A stretch of 64,000 nt of DNA from Chiloscyllium plagiosum (Eukaryota): the NCBI RefSeq assembly GCF_004010195.1, contig NC_057753.1, positions 3,022,087-3,086,086 of the forward strand, in the 5' to 3' direction. Below are positions 35,401-50,107 of this stretch, one piece after another (the first letter of the stretch is position 1; each line of letters starts with the position of its first letter). The position numbers were made by a program, and so were the translations under genes. The notes under the pieces were generated by a model. That model ran no database searches, was not told the origin of the DNA, and was given only the letters and a program-made list of their open reading frames with translations.

Positions 35401-37141
35401 GCTTTAAACAGAAGAGAGCTTATTTACACACTGACAAAAGAAAACCGAGTTCAGATTAACATAACCGTTTGAAAACACGGCCAACACGAAAACGCAACAT
35501 AACAAAGACCTGTTCCGATTTTCTGCAACATCTCGTAACACACCCCTTGGCAAAAAGGTAAATTCAAACACTGCTTCTTACGAGAGAGAGAGGTCAGCGA
35601 GAGAAGATCAGCATGGAGCTCTCTCTTTAGGTTTCCAGCTAAAACTTAACGAAAACTAGAAAAAACACTGAACTAGGAAAAATGGACTTACCCTTTTCAT
35701 TGTACAAATGCTGTTTTTTTTTCAAACAGCACGTTAAAAATCTTCCTGATTTTTGACCTAGGCAGCATTTGTTAGCCATTATTTAAGCCACAAGTTCAGA
35801 TACTTCGGTATCTCTGCCCTTACCACCCCTCCCAAAAAAAACCATCAGCATCATCAAAACTTTCCCCTTAAAAACTGAACAGTCAATATCCAAAGGTAGA
35901 TTCATTTTAAAAGCTCTTGAATGGTTTTGCGTAATTAGTTGTGGTTAATACCAGGGTGGTGGTTAACAAGGCTGTCAGACTGTCAAATACCTTCTGGCAG
36001 TCATGGTACACTGAAACCCCTTGCCTTTCTTTAGCAATTTAGTGAGTGCAGCAACCACACTGCTAATGTTTGGCTCAAATTTCTGAATACGTCCACTTAA
36101 TCCCAGAAATCACAGTACTATTCTTTGGTATGGGAAACACTCCAATTACCTTTGATTTTGCAGTCTGTGTGACCATCTGATCATGTTCAATAACATGACC
36201 CAGAAGGTGACTTGGGCTTTGGCAACTTCAATTTTAGCTAGGTTTATCACCAAGCCTGCCTCCTGGAGTCGATTGAATAATTCAGATAAATGTTGCAAAG
36301 GTTCCTTCCATGGGTGACTAAAGATCATCAGGTCATCAAAATAAGCTAAACAATTGGGTAATCAGGAAATTACACACATTGGTTAGTCTCTGAAATGAGG
36401 TTGGCGCATTTTTCATACCAAATAGCATGACCTTAAATCAATACAGCCCATTCGACGTTATGAACGCTGAAATCGTCTTTGCTCTTTTGGACAAACGTAC
36501 CTGCCAGTATTCTATGAATACGTCCAACTTAGAAACATAAGCTGTTTATCCCAACTTGTCAAAACAGTCTTCCAAACGTGGAATTGGTTATTTTTCAAAC
36601 TTTGTCACTGTGTTGACTTTGCGATAGACCACACGCATAATCATTGAGTACCATTTGGTTTCCACAACATTACTCGGGGTGAACTCCAGTCACTCCAACT
36701 CAATTCGATTATGTTGTTTTGGAGCATGCGTTCAATCTCCTTTTCAACTGGAGAGTGTGAAGCATAAAAGGATGTTGCTTAATCGGAACAGCATTTCCTA
36801 TCTCTACATCATGCATAATGAGATTAACACTTCCTAGCTTATTTCCATATATATCACCATGTGAAAACAATAGTTCGTTCAGGACATTTCGATTTTACTC
36901 TGGAAAGTAACTTAATATTTCTTCCCAGTTTTTGACAGCGTCCTCATTGTCCAAGTTATTTTGAGGAATATCGCACGCAGAATCTTCAGAACTTGATTCT
37001 TCACTTTTTGTTGCAACCAGCAACACAATCTCGTTTTGCTTTCCTTCTCTGTCAAAATATCTTTTGAGCATATTCACTCTGTGACATTTCGTATCATATG
37101 GCATCCTTACTAAATAGTTCACCTCACTCAATCTCCTTTCG

Positions 37142-38663
37142 ATTTCAAGTACAGGGCTCTGGCACAGCGTCTGTCCCTGCTGCTCAGAGGGGGAAGAGGA
37201 GCAGAGCAGTAGTCACTGGGGACTGCATCGTAAGTGGGATAGATAAGAGGTTTTGTGGGGACGAGAGAGACTCACGGTTGGTGTGTTTTTAGGATCCTTA
37301 AGGGGGAGGGGGAGCAGCCCCAAGTCGTGGTCCACATAGGCACCAACGACATAGGTAGGAAGAAAGATGGCGATTTAAGGCAGAAATTCAGGGAGCTTGG
37401 ATGGAAGCTTAGAGCTCGGACGAACAGAGTTGTTGTCTCTGGTTTGTTGCCCGTGCCACGTGCTAGTGAGTGGGAACCAAAATTGTAGTTCAAATATAGA
37501 AAAGATTGAGAGTAGGGAGGTCCAAAATCAAGTTTCAGGGATGCAAGATGGCACCGGAAAGCAAGACGTTGGTTTGAAGTGTGTCTACTTCAACGCCAGA
37601 AGCATCCAGAATACGGTGAGTGAGCTTGCAGCATGGGTTGGCACTCTGGGACTTTGATGTCGTGGCCATTTCGGAGACATGGATAGAGCAGGGACAGGAA
37701 TGATTGTTGCAGGTTCCAGGATTTAGGTGTTTCAGTAAGAACAGAGAAGATGGTAATAGAGGGGGAGGTGTTGCATTGTTGATCAATGACAGTATTACAG
37801 TTGCAGAAAGGATGTTTGGGGACTCGTCAACTGAAGTAGTATAGGCTGAAGTTATAAACAGGAAAGGAGAGGTTACCCTGATGGGAGTTTTCTATAGGCC
37901 TCCGAATAGTTCCAGAGATGTAGAGGAAAGGATAGCAAAGATGATTCTACATAGGAATGGAAGAGACAGGGTAGTTGCCATGGGGGACTTCAACTTTCCA
38001 AATACTGACTGGGAACACTATAGTACGAGTACTATAGATAGGTCAGTTTTTGTCTAGTGTGTGCAGGAGGGCTTCCTGACACAGTAGGTAGACAGGCCAA
38101 CAAGGGACGAAGCCACATTAGATTTGATACTGGGTAATGAGCCCGGCCAGGTGTTAGACTTGGAAGTAGGTGAGCACTTTGGTGATAGCAATCACAATTC
38201 TGTTTTGCTTACTTTAGTGATAGAAAGGGATAGATGCATACCACTGGGCAAGAGTTACAGCTGGGGGAAAGGCAATTACGATGCGATTAGGCAAGATTTT
38301 GGAAGCATAGGATTGGGAAGGAAACTGCAGGGGATGGGCACATTAGAAATGTGGAGCTTATTCAAGGAAAAGCCACTGTGTATCCTAGATAAGTATGTAC
38401 CTGTCAAGCAGGGAGGAAGCTGTGGAGCACGGGAGCCGTGGTTTACAAAGTAAGTGGAATCTCTGGTCAAGAGGACGAAGAAGGCTTATGTTAGGATGAG
38501 ATGTGAAGGCTCAGTTAGGTGCTTGAGGGTTACAAGGTAGCCAGGAAAGACCTAAAGATAGAGCTCAGAAGAGACAGGAGGAGTCATGAGAAGTTGTTGG
38601 CGGAAAGGATCATGGTTTGTCGGAGATATAGCAGTTTGGATCAGTAATTGGCTTGTGGAAAGA
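37142..38663 (+). mobile_element. CR1 fragment: ORF1 esterase (SGNH) end plus ORF2 endonuclease
   Basis: AVVTGDCIV, VVVHIGTNDIG, LKCVYFNARSI, SETW, MGDFNFP. Confidence 0.9.
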
Positions 38664-40283
38664 ATAATTCCCTTATCCCAATCATCTGGATAGTCTTGAC
38701 TGTGATGCTTCAACATGGTACCAACTGTATGTGGCACCTTTCTTGCGTGGACTGCGATGCTCGATGGTATGCAGTGGATTTGATTTCTTTTATTCCTAAG
38801 CTGTTCATAACTTCCTTGAGTAATATTGATGCAAAGGTTGACCCTTGATCCGTTTGTAACTCTGTGGGTACTCCATATCTACTGAAAAATTTCAATAACT
38901 CCTCTACAATTCTTTTAGATGTGATATGTGCAATGGAACGGCTTCTGGTAATCTAATGGATACACCTGTTATCATTAACAAACACTGATTCCGACTTTTT
39001 TTCAGTAGGGGTCCTACAAAATCAATTAACATTCTTGTAAAATATTCCTTAAATCAGGAATAGGTACTAAAGGTACAGGCTTTATTATTGCCCGTGGTTT
39101 TCCAATTACCTGACATGTATTATAGTCTGGTAAAATTGAACTACTGTACACCCTTGTGCAGCCCAGGCCACTAAAAATGTTTGTGTATTTTAGCTTGAGT
39201 TTTTCTTAACCCTAAATGACTTTCATGTGATACCCACAACAATTCCTTTCAGTAACCCACTGGCAATATGACTTGATGAACCCCTGCCCATTTCTCATGT
39301 GCTGTAGTATGCAATCGTCTCCATTTCCTCATTAAGACTTCAGTTTTAAGATAATCGCACTCAGAACTATATTCAAATTCTTTTCCTGTGTATGCCTTTT
39401 GATACAACTGCTTGAGTTTTTCATCTTCCTGCTGTAACTCAGTTAATTTCTCTGAGCTAAATATGTCCACTTTGTGATCTATCTGCTCCTGGTGTGTCGT
39501 AATCATTTAGTCAAACCAGGTCTCTGATAATTCCACTTCAACCTTCTTATCTGTACGCTTTGATCTCTCCTGTTTCAACTACTGACTTTGTGAGCTCGTT
39601 GCCATACAGTCCAGAAAATTTCCTTTAATATCTCAGTTTCCTGAATTTACAGTGGCTTTTCAACCACAGTCAGTCGCACTCCTCATGTGTGAACTAGCCA
39701 TATCATTAGCAAGGACAAATGCTGTTCCTGGAAAGGAGATGTTGTTCAGTATTCCTACCACAATTCTCAACTCTTCACTGGAAACTCTAAAATTAGTCTG
39801 GATAATTGAGCACTTCTTGTCTCACTGTTAATTCCAGTTACGAGCAATATTATTTCTGACAAAGGTCCTTTAAAGGTACATATCTCCTCATTCTTTGAGA
39901 TCAAACTTTGACAGGATCCTGTATCTCTTAGTATTATAACCCCTTAAATTGCACTTTCTGGTGCAAGTAAACTTTACCTTCGCAAGTGTATGGTTTAAGA
40001 AGATCTGGCACTTCCATCTTAACCAACTTTCGACCAGTTTGCATATTCTAGTGCAACGTTTTAGCTTCCACTGCGCTCTATGTTACTACTCCAAAAGGAT
40101 TCAGTGGCTAATCCTCTTTTCCTGCATCTGTCTTCCCATTGTTTATCTAAACCACCATCACTGTCATTTCAGCTGGCCTATTTTAGTGCAGTGAAAACAA
40201 CGGAACTTAATAACTTATCTTTCTTCTTCAGGGCTTTCCTTTATACCCTGCGTAAGTTATCCTTATGATCTTCACTGAGAACT

Positions 40284-41468
40284 ATTGAGATCATTAAGGC
40301 TGTGACGAGACAGGTCGAGCAGCGGATGTGGTGTGTTTGGATTCCAGTAAGGCATTTGATAAGGTTCCCCACCATAGGCTCATTCAGAAAGTTCGGAGGT
40401 ATGCGATATCGGGAAATTTGGCTGTCTGAGCACGGTATAGGCTGGCCGAAAGAAGGCAGTGAGTGGTAGTAGATGAAAATAATTCTGCCTGGAGGTCCGT
40501 GTGAAGTGGTGTCCCCCAGTGATCTGTCCTTGGGCCTCCGCTGTTTGTAGTTTTTATTAATAACTTGGATGAAGAATTGGAAGGGTTGGTTACTAAGTTT
40601 GCCGGTGACATAAAGGTCAGTGGTGATGTAGATCGTGTCGAGGGCTGGTGCAGGCTACAACAAGACATTGACCAGATGCAGAGCTGGGCTGAGAATTGCC
40701 AGATAGAATTCAACCCGAATAAATGCGAAGTGATTCAGTGTGGGAAGGTTGCATTTGAATACTGAATACAGGTTTACAAACAAGATTCTTAACAGTGTGG
40801 AGGAACGGCGGGATCTTGGGGTTAACTTAAAAAGATCCCTCAAAGTTCCCAACCAAGTTGATCGGGCTGTTAAGAAGGGTTATGTTGTTTTTGCTTTCAT
40901 TACCAGGGGATTGAGTTTAAGAGCTGCGAGGTTTTGCTGCAGCTCTATAAACCCCTAGTTAGAGCATACCCGAAATATTGTGTACAGTTCTGGTCGCCTC
41001 ATTACAGGAAGAATGTAGATGCTTTAGACCTGATGCAGGGGAGATTTACCAGGGGGCTGCCTGGATTGCAAGGCTTGTCTTATGAAGAGAGGTTGAGTGA
41101 GATGGGCTTTCCACACGAGAGAGAAAAAAGGAAAATAGGTGATTTGCGAGAGGTGTACAAGGAAATGACAGGCATCGATAGACAGAGACTTTTCCCTCTG
41201 GCAGAAATGGTTGTGGTGATTGGAGGAAGGTATGGGCAGATGTCACAGAGAGTTGGTGCCTGCGTGGAATATACTGCCAGCGGTGGTCGTGGAGTCAGAG
41301 ACATTCGGGACATTTAAGCGACTGCTGGGCAAGCACATGGACGGAAGTAAATTGAGGGGTGTGTACATTAGGTTCATCTGAGATTAAGATGAATGCTCGG
41401 CACAACATCGTGGGTCGAAGGGTCTGTAATGTGCTGTACAGGCCCTATGTTTTATGTTCTGTGTTCTA
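40284..41468 (+). mobile_element. CR1 RT/C-terminal fragment with 3' tail
   Basis: DSSKAFDKVPH, SVLGPPLF, FAGDIK, YCVQFWSPHY. Confidence 0.9.
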
Positions 41469-42302
41469 CCGTGATGACCACAGACGTAAGACTGACTGGT
41501 GTGTAATTCCCAGCGATTTGCCTATTCCCTTTCTTGAACAGAGGAACAGCATTCACCTCCCTCCAACCATTTGGTGTCACTGCCGTGGAGAGTGAGGATG
41601 CAAAGCTCATCGCCAGAGGCACAGCAATCTCATTCCTAACTTCCCTTAGTCACCTTGGATATGTCTGATCCGGCCCTGGGGACGTATCTGTCTTGATGTT
41701 TCCCAGAATTTCCAGCTTCTTCATCTTTCTCATCAAATTTAAGCAATGCTTGAATATCTTTAAACAGATCCGCACCAGACCTTTGCCGACCCTGGGTTTG
41801 TTCATCCTCACTCTCTTCCTCACTTAACATACCTTCAGCCTCCATTTCCATCTTCTGAAAGTGACTCTCCTGTCTAAGTGCGGGAGGGAGGTTTGTATCC
41901 TTGTTACACCTGATTAAATAACAAAGTTATTCAATAAGGATAAGGAAGAGAAAGCCAGATGAGAATTTCTCAGAAAATGTGCAACTTTCAGCGCGTGATC
42001 ATGAATATCACTGCTATAGACCGAACCGAGGTTACAGACCATTTCTGAAAAATACAGCAGCACTCCTCTGCGGCTTTCTGGATACTTCACTTTGGAAAGT
42101 TGTCCGATCTCTTGAAGAAATATTTAGCTTCACAAAATGTAAACCAGCCCGTATAATAGCTGCAAAAACTGGTCGGGTCGAGTCAATTTAATTAATGCCA
42201 AAAATCAAACAGACTAATTGTCTCTCTGGGGGGAATAGGACGAAATATAATTGTGCCTGTTTTACAGCGAATTTCAGAACGCACTTCGACCTTCCGATAG
42301 AA

Positions 42303-42372
42303 ATGCACGCTCTGCTGACAGGTCTGGTATTTGCCATTTATTACCCTGTCATTGCAGTTATCGGGGTTCCAG
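42303..42372 (+). CDS. GPR139-like GPCR copy B, coding exon 1
   Basis: ATG at 42303; same 23-aa peptide as copy A with only synonymous changes; CCAG|GTAAAG donor (GT at 42373). Confidence 0.9.
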
Positions 42373-42984
42373 GTAAAGTATGACAGATATTTACTAACCA
42401 TGCTCATCTGTACCAATATATAGGTTTATCAACAGAGCTTTTTCATGGTCGATATATCATTAATGATATTTCATGGGGGTACATTCTCTTTCAGCAGTTA
42501 AATATCTTTATGGTAAATATTATCTTCCTCCTTTGAACAACGTCACCTTTTCCATTTTTATTAGTGCAGGTTTATGTATTTGCTGACAAAAGTTGCCAGC
42601 ATTAATTTTTAATTCTTCAATTTATCAAATTTAACATCATCACTCTCCATTTAATCAAAACAGTTTGATCATGAAAGTTGTCAGTCCATCGTTTTAATTA
42701 GGTAATCTCTTGAGTTTATTGTTCATTGTTTTCTGCGTCAAAGGTTGATCGGTTGTGTTGTTGATACTTTGCAGTTCAGAGGCAGCATAAGTATATTGCT
42801 GTCACAGCCCAATGATGATTCTCGTGATATTGGCTGTGCTATTGGGAATCAATCAGTGAGCAGTCACTTTGAGAAAAGAATTCCTGTGTGAGTTTCAGCA
42901 ATGTTCATGTGGGTGAATATTCACAGAGCTATCATGACCTAAAATAAATTCTCTCAGGTTATTGTCACCCTTGCTGTGCATTAG

Positions 42985-43309
42985 ATTCCCTAGATTAAAT
43001 TACATTCCCTCCAGTGTGGAAACAGGTCCTTCGGCCCAACAAGTCCACACCAACCCTTCCGAAGAGTAGCCCACCCAGACCCATTTCCCTCTGACTAATG
43101 CACCTAACACTATGGGCAATTTAACTTGGCCAATTCATCCTAACCTGTACATCTTTCGACTGTGGGAGGATACCGGAGCACCGGGAGGAAACCCACGCAG
43201 ACACGGGGAGAATGTGCAAACTCCACACAGACAGTCACCCGAGGGTGGAATCAAGCCTGGGACCCTGGTGCTGTGAGGCAGCAGTGCTAACCACTGAGGC
43301 ACCGTACCC
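42985..43309 (-). mobile_element. HE1-type V-SINE in intron of copy B
   Basis: Reverse complement of the 3759 SINE family; empty site at 14693. Confidence 0.92.
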
Positions 43310-43344
43310 CTCTTTAGTTATCAAGTTGTGACTGTGCTATTGTC

Positions 43345-44990
43345 GAATTATACAAAATCCAAGATAAGAGGATCTCAGAGAGCCTTCTGCTCATCAGTGA
43401 TACTATCGCCTAGGTGCAAGGCATGGGGGTGAAGCAGGAGAAGGCCTTTGACAGGATATTGCACACCTATATGTGCGTTTTTTCGGAAGGAATATAAAAT
43501 TGGATCCGACTGCTCAATACCAGCATCATTCGTGCAGTCTTAATCAGGTGTGGGAATCAGAGCGACTCCCACTTATACCTGGAGTCAACAAACTGTCCAC
43601 TTTGCATGCCTTGATTTTGTGTTGTACAGAACGTTTTGCTGGGCCAGCCGAGAAAGGTGAGTACCCCGGGCAGTGGAGGTACGCAGATTAAAGCCTCCCT
43701 TTGCTTGAATGACGCTATCATTTTCTACTCGGATTCACTGTCAGTGCACAGATTCCTGAATATCACCTACCAGTGCAAGTTGGCCTCAAGTGTGCATGGA
43801 GTCATGAGCGAGGCCATTTTCATTGGGAACTGCACTGACCAATCCTTCAACCCCTTCCACATCAAGACATATTGTCTGAAGGCGCTAGGAATGTGGATCC
43901 GAGGAGTTGGGATGTGGACGAAAACTTGAGAGGAGCGTATCATACATATCAAGCACTAACTGGGCTCATGGGAGCACCGCTCCTACTCCATTGTGGGTAG
44001 AAACCTGATCAGCAGGAGTGAGGTACTCTTGATGCTGCTGTATGTGGCATAGGTCTGGTCCATTCCCCGAACTGGTGCCTTTGCAAATCATCCTCCACTT
44101 TTACTGGAGGTCTGCATGAGTGGGATGAAAGACATACCCAAAGCCACCCTCATCCTGATGGACGCCTTTCTGTACAGCTGTCTTAATATGTGCATATTCC
44201 CTCAGTGTACAAACACCAGTGTCACTACAAAACTAAAAGTTCTCCTGGTCCCCAGTGTGGTCAAGGATGGATTTGACCCCATTGCAGCAGGACATTGCAA
44301 GTAGTGAGACTTTTCCATGTCACCTGTCACTTCTTCATGGAGAAATTTGCACAGGAGAACACCATTGACCATCGGGCCATCCGGAAGTTGTCAGCGTGTG
44401 ACATTCTCAAGATAGTATGAGAAAAGGGAGAGTAGAATCCGTCACATAGTTTTCTGAGCAGACTGTCAAAGTCATTAAGCAGAATGTCTCATCGTAAAAA
44501 CTTTCCAACACGCACCAAGATGTCGCCTGGCTGGTGGTGAGAAGGGCACTACCTGGCAGATCCTTCATACATGCCAGGACTCTCTCTGCGCCTACACACT
44601 GCCCTCGATGCAACTGAAGATTGGTAAGTTTCACAGTAGGTGTGTGGGGAAATGAAAGAGACTTTCACACTTGTCCTTCTGGAATTTGCCTTTGCAAAGA
44701 AGATCTGGAGAGAGAAGCATAGTTTTTGTCAGGTTTCATTCTGAGCAGTCCCGTGACACAGGATTCTGTTTCTCTTCGAGCTTTTCCTTGGGGCGATCAT
44801 TAACTGGAAATGGAGGGCCATCAATGTGGTGAAAAAAACGTAGTGGTCTTCCACTATGGAGCTGACTTCGACTGGCACATTTCAGGGTCCAAGATTACCT
44901 CCTGATGAATGCACTAATGATTGGAGCTGCTGTTGGCAATGTGCAATGGGGAAACACAGCTCTCTAAGTCTCTCTGCCAAAGTAAAGAGA
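43345..44990 (+). mobile_element. Decayed Tx1/L1-clade LINE in intron of copy B
   Basis: QEKAFDRI at ~43435; collinear with 14720-16330. Confidence 0.75.
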
Positions 44991-47900
44991 TGGTTTATTC
45001 AGTTCTGAGATCCCCCTCATTGATCGAATGAATACAAATAGTTTACTGCATGAGGAGAAAATACATTTTATTGGTAACTGCAGGGATTCTCTGTGAGTGT
45101 AAAATTCCAATGCATTTGTTTTTACTTCTCTCTCTCTCTCTACAAACTGGTTTAGGACCTTTTGTACTAACTTATTTTTTTTACGATTGAACATTGTTTT
45201 TGCAGTAGAAAAAGTCTGTGATTTGTTCTTTGCAGATGAGGAATAGTTCCATTAAATAAATCATTGGGTGAATTACTTGAACGATGCTTCATATTGAATA
45301 AACATTTACATATAAAGAAGGAACGTTATTCATTACCATGGCATTGTAAGAAATATGTAAGATGTAGTTATACTTTAATTGGTGATTTATTCTTTGCCCA
45401 ATGACTCAGAGAGAATTTTGTTTCTGTTCTCAATCATTTATTCTGACCTACTCACCTCTTCAGTATAAAATGCTGCTGATGAGACTAAAGTGATGAGTGC
45501 TGTTGCAGAAACTAATTTTGTTGCTTAGCACCAAGTAAAGCCTCCAACTTTCTTCCCAAATTCACTGTTTTTCCACATCAAGTGAAACACATCAACTGAT
45601 TATACACCTCATGTATAGCGTAAGACATTTCATGTCAAATAAGCAACTGCAAAATGAAGTTGATCTGGCAGATCACGTTTGCACAGAACACATGTTGCAA
45701 TGCAGATGGGACTTTCCGACTCCCCCATCCCGCCCCCTCCCCCCAACAACCAAATGTTCTACCTACTGGTAATGGTAGTGCAGATTTATGTTGATAATCC
45801 GATTTGACTACCCAACTCGGGTTTGCAATAACCTCATTCCCATATATATATCTGTCAAGTTAGTGTGCAACTAATTCACACGAGTGGGAGTATTTTGCTC
45901 GGAATATCTAGTGGGTGATTTTAGACATTCCCTAACAATTGCCATTATTATGAAAAAGCTATATGAAAAGAAATATTGAGTGCTGTAAGCAATACACGTT
46001 GGTGGTGGTTTTAATCTTCATAGAAATTGAAAGAAAATTGAATTGGCAGCAGTCGAGTCTTATATGTCTTAAAGGAACTTCCTAATGAGGTAATAGATAT
46101 GTTGGTGCTAAATTTATGAAATGTCCTATTTTCACGATAGGTTACTGGGAAAGGAAAGTAGAAAATTTGCTCTATCTAGAAAGGCAGGTATTGAAAACGG
46201 GAAATTGTAGGCCTTACTGTGTGACATCCGCCTGTCTCTGAATGAAGGTGTTAAAATGGCAGTTTTCCAACCTTCTCGGACTATGCATGAATCTGACAAT
46301 ACATCAACGATTATTCCCACTGGTATTCCTTCTTTGTAGATACTTCTTTGAAAATCCAAGAACATAATCCATCAGGTCCAGGGATCTTGCTAGCTTTTAA
46401 TACCAGACGTCTCTCTAGTGCTGTTATAAATGATGTGTTTATTTATTCCAAACCACCCACTCCTCCTCAGCCCATAAACATTTGTGATTTTTGATATAGT
46501 ATTAGTGTTCTCCACAAAGAAGATTAATGCAGATAAATTCTTCAAACCGCCTGCCATTTCATGATTTCTTATTAATATTGTCACTACCTCATTCTCTAAG
46601 GGGTGTCGTTCACTTTGGCTGCTCTGCAGTTTAATATATTGAAAGACACCGTCACTGTTCGTCTTCATTTTCCTGCTTTGTCTGCTCCAATAGTTCATTC
46701 GATTCTGCTCATTTTTGATGATCTTTTGTTGACTTTAAGAATTTTCCAAATCTTCAGGTTTACCATAATATTTGCATGAAGTTATATGCATTTTTTTGTT
46801 TCCTTTCTCCGTTTGAAACTGTCCTTATCTGTCTTGACAACAGTTGTCAGTTTATTCACTTCTGCCAACTCTTCTTAATCACTGGGATATATATTTGCTA
46901 TGAATGGTAAACTATTTTCCTAAATGTGTTTCAATGTCGTTTCTGCTAAACCCCTTTCCAAGCCTGCTCCAGAAAACTCATCCCCTATCCCTACGCCACT
47001 AGTTCATCTAACTTTCTGTATCTGATTCAATTTTCACACTCCAAAGCTGAATGATAAATTCCACCAGCAGGGGATGTCTTACTCTGAGATTATTATTTAA
47101 ATTTCTCTTCTTGGACATTACATAATCCAAAATTGCCTGTTCTCTGAGTGGATCCATAACATATTGTTCCAGGAAGCTATCCCGGAGACATTCTATGAAT
47201 TCTCCTCATGACAACCTTTGCCAATCTGATCGTCCCAAACTGCATGAATATTTAAGGCGTCTATAGTTGCAGTGTTTAGTTTTGTTTGCAATGCCGTAAT
47301 TGTGTTATTATGTATTTTCTGAATTGTTAGGGGCCCAGTGGAATAATGCCTCCAGTGTTTTGGATGGCCAAAAGGTACAGTAGCAGAATTAAGCCATTCA
47401 GTCCATTGCTCCGTCATTAAATCATGAGTAGTACGTTTCTCAACTTCATTTTCGTGTTTTCTCCCTTTGATGCCTTTACTAATCAACACCTTACCTATTT
47501 TTGTCTTATGTGCACTGAGATAGATATGTTCTTCTTCCCCTTGATAATTCTTGCCTTCACCATTGTGGATTCCACATTACCCAATCCTAAACCTTTTCTT
47601 GTATCACACTATTTTCATTTCATTCTAGCAAAGCTACCCCAACATCCTTTACTCTCTGCCTGATCTTTTGTCAAGTCATATGATCCTAAATCTTCAGTTA
47701 CGAACGTTGACCTCTTTCTAACCATGTCTCTCGCAGTAAAATCATGCCCATTAACTTCTTTTTGGACGTTAATTCATTTTGTTTTCTGAATACAGCACAG
47801 ATTCAATGAAAAATTCAATAATTTTGTCCTTTTATCATTCTTCCGACTTTGATGCTTTCTTATGCATTTGCACTCTGTCCTTTTACAACTTTAGTATCAT

Positions 47901-48544
47901 AACATAAACAGTTGCCCTGTGATGCTAACATAGCATTTTCTGTGTGTCTGGACATATTTCTCCCAGCGAGACCTCTCCACTCTCTCATTAGTTTAGAACG
48001 CCCTCTCTACAGCACTTGCTACTTGCTTTGCCGAAATGCTGATCCAAGGATGGCACAAATGAAGGTCATCCCATTGAACTGTTCCTTTCTACTCCAACAT
48101 TAATATCAGTACCTCACAAACTGAAACTTATTCCAACCACAATAATCGAGTCATGCACAAAACTCCTCACCTTTTCTATCGAAGCTAGTCATCCCGCAGC
48201 TCAAGCAATCATTCTGATGTTACCTGAAATGTGCTGCTCTTTTGCTAATGTGCAGCCATAACATTGTATTCTTCGCTTTCCTTTTTGTTCATCGGCTCCG
48301 TACAGTGTGGAAACGGGCTCTTCGCCCCAGCAAGTCCAATCCGACCCGCCGAAGTGTATCCCTCCCAGACCCATTCTTTTAACCTATTACTCTAATGACT
48401 ATGCCCTGATTAATGCACGTATTCTATATATCCCTGAACACTTTGAGCAATGAGAGTCGTCCGAGGCTGGAATTGAACTTGGGTCCCTGGTATTAGTGAG
48501 GCAGCAGCGCTGACCACTGAGCTACAGAACCACACTGCTCAGTT

Positions 48545-48665
48545 AGAGTCCAGAGCGTGGTGTTGGAATAGCACAACAGGCCAGGATTCTGTCCGAACTG
48601 CTGTGTTTTTCCAACACCACACTCTAGACTCTGATCTCCAGAATCTGCAGTCCTCACTTTCTCCC
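48545..48665. mobile_element. Short inverted-repeat Penelope-derived element
   Basis: AGAGTCCAGAGCGTGGTGTTGGAATAGCACA...TGTGTTTTTCCAACACCACACTCTAGACTCT; same family as 54343-54576. Confidence 0.7.
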
Positions 48666-49118
48666 TTCCGCTCTGTTCTATTACCTGAATACACTTTATA
48701 TGGCATGATCTATTTGTTCTGCATGCAAACCTAAACGTTTTCTGTACCTAGGTTGATGTGAGAATAATAAATCATATCAAGTCAAATTCTTTGAGCAGGA
48801 CATGTTTTCAAGTTAAATCTTTGCCTCATACCAAAGAGGATCTTTGCAACTGGATCCCTGTTAAGGATTTCTCCAGCTCTGAGGCAATGTGCTTCTATCT
48901 TACACGAGGACAGCACAGCCATTGTGACTCCTGATTCTGGTTCCAGGAGGAGAATATATTTTCCCAATTACACCATCTGCAGCACAACTATATTCTCATT
49001 CCACCCCGCACTTAAATGGCTCCTGGTATCACAACGCCATTGTCGTTTTGCTCATCGTTCCTGCCGTTCCCATTCTCGTACATGCAACTTAGAATAACCT
49101 CGTAATCATTGGACAATT

Positions 49119-49416
49119 GCCACGGTGGCACGGTGGTTATTACTGCTGCCTCACAGTGCTAGAGACCCGGGTTCAATTCCCGCCTCAGGTGAATGTCTGT
49201 GTGGAGTTTGCACATTTTCCCCGTGTCTGCGCGTGTTTCCTCCTGGTGCTCCGGTTTCCTCCCACAGTCCAAAGATGTGCAGGTTAGGTGAATTGGCCAT
49301 GCTAAATTGCCAGTAGTGTTAGGTGTAGGGGAATGGGGCTGGGTGGGTTGTGCTTCGGCGGGTCAGTGTGGACTTGTTGGGCCGAAGGGCCAGTTTCCAC
49401 ACTAAGTAATCCAATC
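49119..49416 (+). mobile_element. HE1-type V-SINE
   Basis: tRNA head, V-domain and tail as at 3759. Confidence 0.92.
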
Positions 49417-50107
49417 CTGGAGGAATCCCCGCTTGCGTTCCCATAGCACCCATGGGGTTTTGGAGCCTGGAGCAAAGCTTCCATGTAACTACCCCTCTGC
49501 CTGAGGCAGTGCAATGACTGCAACTCAGCTTCTAGCTCCTTGGCTCAGTTCTGCAGTTGCTTGAGCAGTGAACATTTGCTATTTAGGTATTAGATGCAGA
49601 TCACCTAGATATCCAAAACAATTGCTACAGCTAGAAATCAAACAAGAAAAAGACATGAGTTGGGAGAAGGGGCCACTCCCCTTCCATTGTAAAACTGAAT
49701 TGTTCTTGCCTCTGATTTATGACCACTTTTCAAACAGCATGCTTTGTTAAATTACTTTGTTAAAGTGACAGCATCATCACAACTGTGCTCCTGTTAATGC
49801 CAGAGAAGTTTAAAGGGGCAGATGCCTTTTTTTAATGCACAATTTTACACTAATCATGCACTTTGATGGGTTTCACTATTTGTTTTCAGGTCTTATGCTT
49901 TTGATCTGTTAAATGCTTCACCTGAATGGCTGTGTTAAAGCAAGGAAATCAATACCCATAACACACGCCTTAATTATTGAAGTTGTGCCACATTTCAAAA
50001 TGCATATTTAACACAGCATCTTGAAAAATTAGCTATTTTGTTGGACTTCAATAGTCATATCCACAATCTGTTATAACTTTATATCTCTGTCTCTCTATCT
50101 ATTACAG

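Larger units (their letters stand above)
34931..41880 (-). mobile_element. Decayed Gmr1-like Gypsy element (copy 2; LTR ~35275-35858)
   Basis: Same layout as 7541-13660: ILRDTGS ~39920, YGVPTELQTDQGS ~38860, YFDDLMIFS ~36330; interrupted by CR1 insertions. Confidence 0.88.
46140..49620 (-). mobile_element. Old fragmented CR1 (ORF1/ORF2) with nested SINE pieces, intron of copy B only
   Basis: Minus-strand FLDFQR and PGPDGL (~46350-46385), GWK.AILTP.F, endonuclease-like remnants ~47100-47700; SINE fragment at ~48298-48535. Confidence 0.65.
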